Sequence record: PQ850618.1
Strand: one strand, 5' to 3'
Origin: Escherichia phage ManiWeber_Bas99
DNA length: 64,000 bases
Below are positions 56,745-64,000 of the stretch, piece after piece. Under the pieces are notes generated by a model that searched no databases, had not been told where the DNA came from, and saw only the letters and a list, made by a program, of their open reading frames with translations. The translations under genes and the position numbers were made by a program. Within the stretch, counting starts at the first letter, position 1. Every line of letters begins with the position of its first letter.

Positions 56745-56818
56745 GTTAACGACCTATTCGTTAACTCATCCCGTCCCGATATGAGTACATTATAATATAG
56801 TGTAGAAAAAAGTAAAGC
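56745..56818 (-). promoter_or_regulatory. Promoter and structured leader of paralog A (minus strand)
   Basis: Minus-strand -35 TTTACT (plus about 56811-56816), -10 TATAAT (plus about 56789-56794); leader hairpin TTAACGA-ATAGG-TCGTTAA (plus about 56746-56764). Confidence 0.5.
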
Positions 56819-56858
56819 ACTTTTTCGATAAAAATGCGATAAATTATTTTATCTTTTT

Positions 56859-56890
56859 TCTTTACTTCTTCGTACACTCGCGTATACTTG
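56859..56890 (+). promoter_or_regulatory. Promoter of paralog B
   Basis: CTTTACTTCTTCGTACACT block: -35 TTTACT, 16-bp spacer, -10 TATACT; back to back with the paralog A promoter. Confidence 0.45.
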
Positions 56891-56944
56891 TTTATATCGA
56901 GACGGGCGATGGCCCTTTCTTCTACTAGCATCGGGAGCTTTATT

Positions 56945-57247
56945 ATGACTACTTTAATCTCTTCCATCCTTACTTACGACGAAGACCGCTTAACCGTTCG
57001 CTCTCTTATCGCCGCCGTTAACGCGGAACTAGAATCTAGCGCCATTAAGGTCCGCGCGGTCGCCTTCATCGGCCTTTCCTTCGACGATATGAAGTATGCC
57101 GAACGTAGCGCCATCCGCTTCGCGAAGACCGACGACGAAGCCGTTACCCTTATCGAGACGGTTACGCCGCGCGGCGAAGCGTTAATTATCGTCGAGTATA
57201 TCGACGTAGAAGGCGATAAATCTTATAAACATTTTATCGCAGAATAA
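56945..57247 (+). CDS. Small acidic protein, island paralog B (distant)
   Basis: Internal ATG after GGGAG; about 100 aa; weaker similarity to A and C. Confidence 0.4.
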   Translation: MTTLISSILTYDEDRLTVRSLIAAVNAELESSAIKVRAVAFIGLSFDDMKYAERSAIRFAKTDDEAVTLIETVTPRGEALIIVEYIDVEGDKSYKHFIAE

Positions 57248-57256
57248 CGAAAAAGT

Positions 57257-57331
57257 GCTTTACTTCTTCGTACACTAAGACTATAATGTTTTATATCGAG
57301 AGGGGATGAGGTAGCGAATAGGTCGCTGCCC
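57257..57331 (+). promoter_or_regulatory. Promoter and structured leader of paralog C
   Basis: -35 TTTACT (about 57259-57264), 17-bp spacer, -10 TATAAT (about 57282-57287); leader hairpin GTAGCGA-ATAGG-TCGCTGC (about 57311-57329); about 80% identical to the paralog A leader. Confidence 0.5.
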
Positions 57332-57354
57332 TCCCGACCAACTAGGAGATTATT

Positions 57355-57645
57355 ATGATTACTTTAGCCGCTATCCGTTCCGCTCGCGTCGAGACTTCCG
57401 AAAACTCTAACGTATTTGGCGAAACCTTAGAGAGCGTTTATCTCTCTAACGTAGACGCAACTATCGAATCCATTTATGAGCCGATCAACTTCCTCGACCT
57501 TTACAAGTATCGCGATGAGGACATCGTGTCTTGCCGCGTAACGATCAACGGCTTCGTCTATACGATTACCGAAATCGGCGGCGAATATCTCGCGGTCCCG
57601 CAACTCGGCGGCGAAGTAACTTATTTTAAAATCGTCTCCTTATAA
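57355..57645 (+). CDS. Small acidic protein, island paralog C
   Basis: 96 aa; RBS AGGAG; paralog of 56436-56720. Confidence 0.45.
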   Translation: MITLAAIRSARVETSENSNVFGETLESVYLSNVDATIESIYEPINFLDLYKYRDEDIVSCRVTINGFVYTITEIGGEYLAVPQLGGEVTYFKIVSL

Positions 57646-57663
57646 TACCCTTCCGTTACTAAT

Positions 57664-57692
57664 AGGCCGCGCTTAGTCGCGGCTTTTCTTCG
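57664..57692 (+). terminator. Rho-independent terminator after paralog C
   Basis: GGCCGCGCTTAGTCGCGGCTTTTCTT: GC stem plus T-run. Confidence 0.55.
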
Positions 57693-57810
57693 CCCCTATC
57701 TCGGTGCGCTCCTACGCGAAAACTCCTTTATCCTTACCTTCGTCGTCGCATAATCTTCGTCGAGATGCTCCTTAGTTCGCATAACAGGTATTACGTTAAA
57801 TGGAGAACAT

Positions 57811-58095
57811 CGCGTAAGTCGTTGTTTTATATAGACACCTATATCGGACCGTTAGCGAGGGTCGCGTAAGTCGTTGTTTTATAAAGGCGCAAAACTTTCC
57901 CTTCGTTCCGAACTAAAACGAGGAATATGCCGACCCTTCGCCCGAAAATAGTACGCATGCGATATTACCGACATCTAGAATAATCCCTCCCGATATTATT
58001 ACGCGCTCAATCATTAGCTTTCGAATCATTATGCTGCATACTATTATGCGCCAAATCATTAGCCTTCGAATTGTAACGCTGGAAACTGTAACGTC
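57811..58095. repeat. Noncoding stretch dense in direct repeats
   Basis: 21-bp CGCGTAAGTCGTTGTTTTATA twice (about 57811-57831 and 57863-57883, 52 bp apart); AATCATTAGC(T/C)TTCGAAT twice (about 58008-58026 and 58053-58071); TGTAACG twice; no convincing ORF. Confidence 0.6.
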
Positions 58096-58351
58096 GATTG
58101 ATTATTGCGTTCGTGTGGTTTTTAGGACATGGGTCTTTTGGTGCGTTTTGCTACTTGATGGAATTTGCAGTACACTAATCAAAATACGACACATTTGGTC
58201 CACTAACTTTTCAAAGAAAAAGTCCTAGACAGTACCGTACTATTTTGTACCCACAGGAAATTTGCCGTACACTCCTGCGCGGCAGGCAAAAATAAAGGGC
58301 CGCACTAAGCGACCCACAACCCACGATTCACGGTTAAATCAGCAACACCCA

Positions 58352-58798
58352 CTATTCACTCTTATGGGCATCACCAAAGCCATCAGCAATCTGGCTGATC
58401 AACGACTCAATGGACACGGTTTTACCAATTGATCGAGCGGTAATAGCAAGCATATTATCAATCAAACCACGATTGACTTCACATGTTCCAGGCTTTGACT
58501 CATCTTTAGGACCACCAAAAAGCTGGTCGCGCAGACTTTCAAGAGAACGCTCAATATTTTCCAACTTCTCTTCTAAATCGGATTGGCGACGTAAAACCCA
58601 CGTCAAGTCACGGTTGCCAACTTCCAATCCATCAGAATAGCAAGGTGGAGCGTCAATTTTGATGCTGGAACCAAAAGCAATGCCGCTGCCTTTAGTATAT
58701 GTGTGGCTAATAGAATCATTTTTATTTGACATATCATTACCTTTAATATTTGGGTGATTAACAATAACTATAATAAAGCCGCATAGCGCGGCATTCAA
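58352..58798 (-). CDS. Hypothetical protein
   Basis: 148 aa ORF (possibly starting at internal MSNKND...); coiled-coil-like middle. Confidence 0.3.
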   Translation of the reverse strand: MNAALCGFIIVIVNHPNIKGNDMSNKNDSISHTYTKGSGIAFGSSIKIDAPPCYSDGLEVGNRDLTWVLRRQSDLEEKLENIERSLESLRDQLFGGPKDESKPGTCEVNRGLIDNMLAITARSIGKTVSIESLISQIADGFGDAHKSE

Positions 58799-58911
58799 AT
58801 CGGTTTGTTAATTGTAACGATTGAATTTACTTATCCAACCAATCAATAAGCGCAATCATGGCTACAACAAATACTGCACTTATTGCTAATATGATCAAAA
58901 ACATCACGAAA

Positions 58912-59148
58912 TCAACGTTCATCAATCGATACCAATTGTGCAGGGTCGCCGGATACAGTTGCGCCGATGATACCCATCTGAGAGAAAAATTCTGAATAAA
59001 CTTCCTTCCAGTACTTGCGCGCAGCTTTCTGGGCTTGACCTTTTCGCTTGTAGCTTTTACCTTGAAAGATGAAACGGTCGCTTGTCGCGCGATACTCCAC
59101 CACGCCTTCCAGCCATTGCAAGAATGCTGCTGATTCATTTTTATTCAT
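58912..59148 (-). CDS. Hypothetical protein
   Basis: 78 aa ORF. Confidence 0.3.
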   Translation of the reverse strand: MNKNESAAFLQWLEGVVEYRATSDRFIFQGKSYKRKGQAQKAARKYWKEVYSEFFSQMGIIGATVSGDPAQLVSIDER

Positions 59149-59155
59149 GTTAACC

Positions 59156-59551
59156 TCAATATTTTAATAAGAAAGCACCCAACCAACTTTCCTCAATCTC
59201 GCGGCCAGTAGCCACACGGTCGGTCTTGGCTATGGGTCTGGATTCGCCGCAGGGCAATCCGTATTGTAGTTGTGTACTATTGCCAATTCTCACCATGACC
59301 TTTCCATCAGGGTCGATATAAGCGCGACAACCCATGATTTCGAGTCGTTGTAGACACTGGCGAATCGTTTTCAGCCTTTCACCGGACCGGATTGAGCGCG
59401 GTCGCGACCGCTGACCGTTCTTGTTCACTGTCCGCTTAACGACCGGAATATCATTGCTGCGCTGCGACTTGGGTCGATAATAGGCTTCTTCGCCAGGAGT
59501 CGCACCTGGCGTCAATTCGCGCTTAAGCGCCTTTTCAATATCGATGATCAT
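59156..59551 (-). CDS. Hypothetical basic protein
   Basis: 131 aa ORF. Confidence 0.3.
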   Translation of the reverse strand: MIIDIEKALKRELTPGATPGEEAYYRPKSQRSNDIPVVKRTVNKNGQRSRPRSIRSGERLKTIRQCLQRLEIMGCRAYIDPDGKVMVRIGNSTQLQYGLPCGESRPIAKTDRVATGREIEESWLGAFLLKY

Positions 59552-59645
59552 GATTCATGCCGCTGCAGCGTAAACAATTGCATAAGCAATTCCAAACAGC
59601 GCGGCAATACATACCGTGCCCCAAAATGCAAAGCGTCGTGACTCT

Positions 59646-59855
59646 TTATCCATTGTCCACCGCCCCAATATCCTTCAAGAACTTGTGCAAGTCGCCTTTC
59701 TTATTAAGCTTTTGCATAGTTTTGATATCATCAAGTGATATGCCTTGATCGCTTTGTTGTTTGTCAATGCAGACAATGCCGCCTTTCTTAGCCTTGATTG
59801 TCATGCCTTTGGCTTCAATACTTTTTACGAAATCAGACAATAATTTAATTTCCAT
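59646..59855 (-). CDS. Hypothetical protein
   Basis: 69 aa ORF. Confidence 0.3.
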   Translation of the reverse strand: MEIKLLSDFVKSIEAKGMTIKAKKGGIVCIDKQQSDQGISLDDIKTMQKLNKKGDLHKFLKDIGAVDNG

Positions 59856-60145
59856 TAGAATCTTCTCCCATATCCATAAAAATTAAACACTAATTTTGCC
59901 ATGTCATCTTGTGAAACGACACTGTAGTGTTTAGGTAAATTGCTTTCTGACAATACCTTCTGGGCTTCTTCTGCTGTCTCAAACAAAGGGATGCACCAAT
60001 TAGCTGCGTCGCCAGATTCATTGCTATCAACTTGCTTTAAGAAAACCAAGCGGTTATCTTCAGGGTCAATACCACAGATGACATATTTAGGCAGCGCCTT
60101 TGCTTTTTGGGCCTTATCAATGTCTTCAAATTTCATTTCATTCAC
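59855..60145 (-). CDS. Hypothetical protein
   Basis: 96 aa ORF. Confidence 0.3.
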   Translation of the reverse strand: MNEMKFEDIDKAQKAKALPKYVICGIDPEDNRLVFLKQVDSNESGDAANWCIPLFETAEEAQKVLSESNLPKHYSVVSQDDMAKLVFNFYGYGRRF

Positions 60146-60219
60146 CTCACTTGTTAACGTATAATGAGTATAACTTAATAGTGCATAAAGTAAAGGCGCT
60201 TTTCAGCGCCTTGAGTGAA

Positions 60220-62553
60220 TTATTTCGCTGCTTTTAGCGCGGCTATCTCTGCCTCTAGTGACTCGACCTTCTTCATCAACTCCTGCACCACGTGCATCGT
60301 ATCCAAAAGCATAGGTGTTGTGTCAAGTTCTTTTTGTTCAACAATTTCTCCTGGATTGCTGCCAATATACTTACGCGTCTTAACATATAAAGGCTCAACG
60401 ACCTCTGCTTGCTGTGCAATAATGCCATGCCGAACTCGATTTTGTTCGTCATTGTCATAAATGAACTCTACAAATTCCAGTCCTTTAATATTAGAGTATG
60501 ATTTATCAACTCCAACAGGGGCGATGCCGTGTTTTACACGTGAGTCAGAAGTGCCATTTTTTGTATAACTGAAGTTACCGTAATCGGTTGAACCATATAT
60601 TTGACCATCAATGTCAAAAAAGTAACGGCAAAATTTTCCGTTATCTCCACCGATTACCACGCAAGCTATGCCGAATGCATCATTACCTGGTAAATACATA
60701 TGGTATCCAACCTTGGTTGGGTATCCATTAGGTTTGGTGGCACCGATAGAATAGCCGCGCACCAGCGTATCTGATCCACTCGCGATTGCCACCCTGTCCA
60801 TTCCGTTAGTGGTCAAGTTAGATACAGCGGCATCCGTTATTCCATTCCATGTGCCTAAAGGCGTATACATGCGGAATGGGTTGGTCTTCCCTGACTGTCG
60901 AAAGTCAACGGTGCCATCTTCATAGAATTTATAAGCGTGCTTGGAAGAACCCTCCGCCTCTACGACGGCAAAACTAGAAGAACCCCATGAAGAACTTGAG
61001 TACAGACGTGCAAACTGTGATGAACTAGGATTGCTATATTTTGACTCTACTTTGCCGCCGACAACCAATGTGCCTGCCACTGGTGCGCTTGAGTCTGCAT
61101 TTATTACGCTCCAAGACGTATTCGCAGCAACAAATCCACCCGATGCACGAATCACCCAAACGCCAACGAAGTTACGCGGAACAATTTCCGCTGCTGAACG
61201 GCCATAAACAGGACTGCAGCGAGAGGCGTCAAAGTTTGTTTGTATGAATCTTGACCCAGAGCCTGCTGCCGCAGGAGAGTCACCCGAAGTTATTGACTGA
61301 AAAGCACCATTAGTTGCCACTTGGCTTGGCAAAGAAGCCAATGTCACCATTGTGTGCGGCGCTGTGTAAGTTATATTTGGAGCGCCTGATTCAGACACAA
61401 CCCCGTTGGATGATGAATTCCCACCGTCACCCCTGCCGAATAAGGCCTGTATGGAACCAGTCTGCACCCCGTTGCGGTCTGGCACACGGAATGTCGTTGT
61501 TCCGTTACCCAGAGAATACTTGCCGCGTTTTGCTGGGTTGGCAAGCCAGTCAGCATCGGCAATAGGGGAAAGCATTTGCGCATAAGCCCACAGTTCAGGC
61601 CAGTCCGCACGGTTGAGTAACTGTCCGTCGGAGACAACTTCATACGGCTGAATGTATGCGCGACTGTCGCGCAGGTGAAAATCACCAACGCCATAGTTCA
61701 TAACACCGTTCATGCTTGGGCCAACGGTGCCTGTGTTAACTAAGTTTTCGACCCAACGCTTAGTTGCAGCATCGTAATCATTCACAGGGTCGCCAGCCAG
61801 CGGAGTTGACCCTTGTGGACGAATATTTAGCCAAGCTTGAGCATTGTCTGCTGAGCCAGTACCGCCCATGGAAGTCGGGACAATGTTTTGATCAGCGACT
61901 GCGCCAAATCCAAAAGCGGACTTCATACCCTGAATGGTAGTTTGCCCTGTGCCGCCGTTGGCGACTGGAATTATATCGCCACTCGTGAAAAACTTGCGCC
62001 ATTCTGTCCATCCACTTACAGAATCATATGTCCTGGTATAGTGAAATGGGAGGTTGTACGCTCTGTATATTTGCACGCAACCTTCTATCGAGTTAGCCTT
62101 TGTTTGCTGGACTTCCAACACGCCTGCACTATCAACAGGATAATTCAGGGCCGTGCTTGCCGCTGAGCTTATCGGTTGGGAATACTGTCCAAACCATGAA
62201 CCAGTCAAGGCATTAAGGTTGATGCCTGAAGGAATCTCTCCAAAATTTCGCACAGTATTGGTCAAGGATGCGGCAGTAGTTCGAATGGAAAGCATGTCAC
62301 CAGCCGCCCATGCACGCGCTGCAGTCCCTTCCTGTGCACGCTGAACGGTCAGGACATCACCAACGACAGCTGTTACTGTGACGATTTCGAATTGGAGGCC
62401 TGTTGCAGCGTCGACGATTGTCGCCACTACACGCTCGTTTGCGCCCAAGGTCGGAAAGCCTGACCCTGAGCGAATTGTGATTGTGGTGTCTGAAGTCGTC
62501 GTTGGTTGAGCCAGCGCGACCTCAAAGTTGTTTTTGAATATTAGCCTTGGCAT
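60220..62553 (-). CDS. Tail fibre/spike with C-terminal intramolecular chaperone (S74-like) domain
   Basis: 777 aa; fibre-like N-terminus; C-terminal ...GTSDSRVKHGIAPV... resembles the autoproteolytic Ser-Asp-x-Arg-x-Lys site of S74 chaperone domains, then a coiled-coil tail. Confidence 0.6.
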   Translation of the reverse strand: MPRLIFKNNFEVALAQPTTTSDTTITIRSGSGFPTLGANERVVATIVDAATGLQFEIVTVTAVVGDVLTVQRAQEGTAARAWAAGDMLSIRTTAASLTNTVRNFGEIPSGINLNALTGSWFGQYSQPISSAASTALNYPVDSAGVLEVQQTKANSIEGCVQIYRAYNLPFHYTRTYDSVSGWTEWRKFFTSGDIIPVANGGTGQTTIQGMKSAFGFGAVADQNIVPTSMGGTGSADNAQAWLNIRPQGSTPLAGDPVNDYDAATKRWVENLVNTGTVGPSMNGVMNYGVGDFHLRDSRAYIQPYEVVSDGQLLNRADWPELWAYAQMLSPIADADWLANPAKRGKYSLGNGTTTFRVPDRNGVQTGSIQALFGRGDGGNSSSNGVVSESGAPNITYTAPHTMVTLASLPSQVATNGAFQSITSGDSPAAAGSGSRFIQTNFDASRCSPVYGRSAAEIVPRNFVGVWVIRASGGFVAANTSWSVINADSSAPVAGTLVVGGKVESKYSNPSSSQFARLYSSSSWGSSSFAVVEAEGSSKHAYKFYEDGTVDFRQSGKTNPFRMYTPLGTWNGITDAAVSNLTTNGMDRVAIASGSDTLVRGYSIGATKPNGYPTKVGYHMYLPGNDAFGIACVVIGGDNGKFCRYFFDIDGQIYGSTDYGNFSYTKNGTSDSRVKHGIAPVGVDKSYSNIKGLEFVEFIYDNDEQNRVRHGIIAQQAEVVEPLYVKTRKYIGSNPGEIVEQKELDTTPMLLDTMHVVQELMKKVESLEAEIAALKAAK

Positions 62554-62591
62554 TTTACGGTCCTCGTTTTGTCGACAACCGTATTATAGCC

Positions 62592-63140
62592 TTAATTTCT
62601 TTTGAGAGGAATATGACGGTTGCTGTCATTATTTGGTTTAATAATGAGCATAAAAACGATTAGAAAGATGATGGCTGATATACTTAATTCAATCAGCGCG
62701 CCTTGAGATATAGATTGATCTTCATGATATTGCTTTTGCATTTCCGCTTTCTTCTGAGCGCAAACTTCAGGCGATATATAATCGCCTTTTGAGTTGCCAT
62801 AATAAATCTCGCCATTCTCAGAAATCAGCCTGCCGCAAATATCCGTTTCAGCCTTTGCACTTGACATCATAATAACGGTGCCGATGATAGCGGCGATAGT
62901 CCAGATTAACAGTTGTGATAAAGTGTTGTTCATGATAACCTCTTTAAATTCCCTTCCCATTTCGGGAAGGGTGATAATTATTTTACGCGAAAGAATAGGC
63001 GCGTGCCACACAGCGAGTCCCAACGGCCTTCGCCATCCCATACCGACCCAATGCCAGCGGTGATGACACCAGCAGAATTGGCGGCATTGGCCCAGGCGAG
63101 TCGTTTCAGCTTCCAACTGCACCAACGATTCACAGTTCAT
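62592..63140 (-). CDS. Membrane-anchored/secreted small protein (start probably internal)
   Basis: Internal MNNTLSQLLIWTIAAIIGTVIMMSSAKA signal/anchor sequence. Confidence 0.3.
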   Translation of the reverse strand: MNCESLVQLEAETTRLGQCRQFCWCHHRWHWVGMGWRRPLGLAVWHAPILSRKIIITLPEMGREFKEVIMNNTLSQLLIWTIAAIIGTVIMMSSAKAETDICGRLISENGEIYYGNSKGDYISPEVCAQKKAEMQKQYHEDQSISQGALIELSISAIIFLIVFMLIIKPNNDSNRHIPLKRN

Positions 63141-63393
63141 CTCCAGACTTCAAAATTAATCCCGCATAGATTATTGCCAAAGCTAAAGGCGCACCGCCGC
63201 CAGCCTCTCTATTCTCTTTGATTTGAAGAGTATCTTTTAGGAATTGAAGCTGAACGTTGAATTCATTTTCAATTCCAAGCACTCCGGCTAATTCTTTTAC
63301 AGAATCTGCATATGCCTTGTCTAGCACTTCTTTTGGCACCGTTAAGGTTAATTCATTTGCCATTTTCTTTCCACTCCACAAATGTGCTGTCAC
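63130..63393 (-). CDS. Hypothetical protein
   Basis: 87 aa ORF. Confidence 0.3.
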   Translation of the reverse strand: MTAHLWSGKKMANELTLTVPKEVLDKAYADSVKELAGVLGIENEFNVQLQFLKDTLQIKENREAGGGAPLALAIIYAGLILKSGDEL

Positions 63394-63574
63394 TTGTTTC
63401 TCTATTTAGCAGGTATCTGCCGCGCATTCCACGAAGGCTGAACTCAACCGTCGATGGATTAGATTTTGAAAGCCACATCACTTGACCGTCGAACGGTCCG
63501 CCAACGCATGTGTATTTGGCCTTTGGCTCACTCCTTTTGGGCCGTTTTGGCCGCTCTTTGATTGATAGTCTCAT
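63353..63574 (-). CDS. Hypothetical basic protein
   Basis: 73 aa ORF. Confidence 0.25.
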   Translation of the reverse strand: MRLSIKERPKRPKRSEPKAKYTCVGGPFDGQVMWLSKSNPSTVEFSLRGMRGRYLLNRETSDSTFVEWKENGK

Positions 63575-63789
63575 CAGTCTTCACCTTGAGATTCCAGACA
63601 AGTAAGGACAAGCCAAGTCATCGGAAGAATCAAAACCAGAGAAATGAGGGACCAGATAGACCAACACAAGATGACAGACTTGAATGTGTGAACGTCGCCA
63701 AACGCAGCAGCGAAACAAAATCCCATTACGAAAGCAATCGCTGTGGAGTGATTATCAATGGCTTTGATGGCGCGGTCGATGAGTTTCAT
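63574..63789 (-). CDS. Small two-transmembrane protein (holin-like)
   Basis: 71 aa; two hydrophobic segments (TAIAFVMGFCFAAAF; ILCWSIWSLISLVLILPMTWLVL) and a charged C-terminus. Confidence 0.3.
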   Translation of the reverse strand: MKLIDRAIKAIDNHSTAIAFVMGFCFAAAFGDVHTFKSVILCWSIWSLISLVLILPMTWLVLTCLESQGED

Positions 63790-64000
63790 ATTACCTCCGG
63801 TTTTGAGTTAATATGATTATAATGCAGAATTTCAGAAAGGCAAACTTTTTGTGAATTTAAATTAAAAAAATGGCCAGAAATAATCTGGCCAAAAAGATCA
63901 CCCTTTATCCACTAATAAGCTGGAATCACAATTTTACTTGATATAGCTGTCTCAAGCAAACTATAATATGAATAAAATATTAACACATAATTGGAAAGTC

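Noticed and set aside
57960-58100. Possible tRNA gene (TTCGAAT strings resembling a T-loop)
   Set aside because: No acceptor stem or anticodon arm could be built around them; the GGTTCGAATCC-type T-arm is absent. No tRNA is called.
58031-58228. 65-aa plus-strand ORF in the repeat-dense region
   Set aside because: It lies across the direct repeats with no RBS; the region looks noncoding.
1-64000. Integrated prophage boundaries, integrase or transposase
   Set aside because: No tyrosine or serine recombinase, transposase, att-like flanking repeats or bacterial housekeeping genes were recognised; the window appears to be entirely phage DNA.

Overview
This window reads as a large segment of a tailed-phage genome with a contractile-tail (myovirus-like) gene set. 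All calls rest on reading the six-frame track and the sequence by eye; no database search or folding program was run. CDS coordinates follow the ORF track, with some starts moved to an internal ATG/GTG behind a Shine-Dalgarno-like motif. Noncoding coordinates are approximate (about +/-3 bp). Layout: (1) 1-24.2 kb, + strand: head morphogenesis, protease/scaffold-like, major capsid, neck, sheath, two tube paralogs, tape measure with a lytic transglycosylase domain, baseplate, two fibre genes, GH19-type endolysin. (2) 24.2-41.9 kb, - strand: embedded Rz/Rz1-like spanins, MazG-like NTP pyrophosphohydrolase, ATP-dependent DNA ligase, SSB-like protein, SNF2 helicase, PD-(D/E)xK nuclease, DnaE-type polymerase with DnaQ-like exonuclease, a cluster of nucleotide/redox enzymes (VOC, SDR, HAD, ThyX-like, FAD oxidoreductase), a K/E/A-rich helical protein and a Dda/RecD-like helicase. 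(3) 42-53.8 kb, + strand: AEP-type primase, VirE-like P-loop NTPase and about 25 small early genes, two of them behind a repeated promoter block. (4) 54.8-58.3 kb: a compositionally distinct, CG-rich island with a same-orientation 11-mer repeated about 10 times, three small-gene cassettes sharing a promoter and a covarying leader hairpin, and repeat-rich noncoding DNA. (5) 58.3-63.8 kb, - strand: accessory module including a tail fibre with a C-terminal intramolecular-chaperone domain. Two iteron plus AT-rich modules (about 2.2-2.5 kb and 54.35-54.6 kb) are origin or packaging-site candidates. The most likely undescribed system is the island in (4), followed by the enzyme cluster at 34.5-39.2 kb. 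No rRNA, tRNA, CRISPR array, integrase or transposase was recognised.
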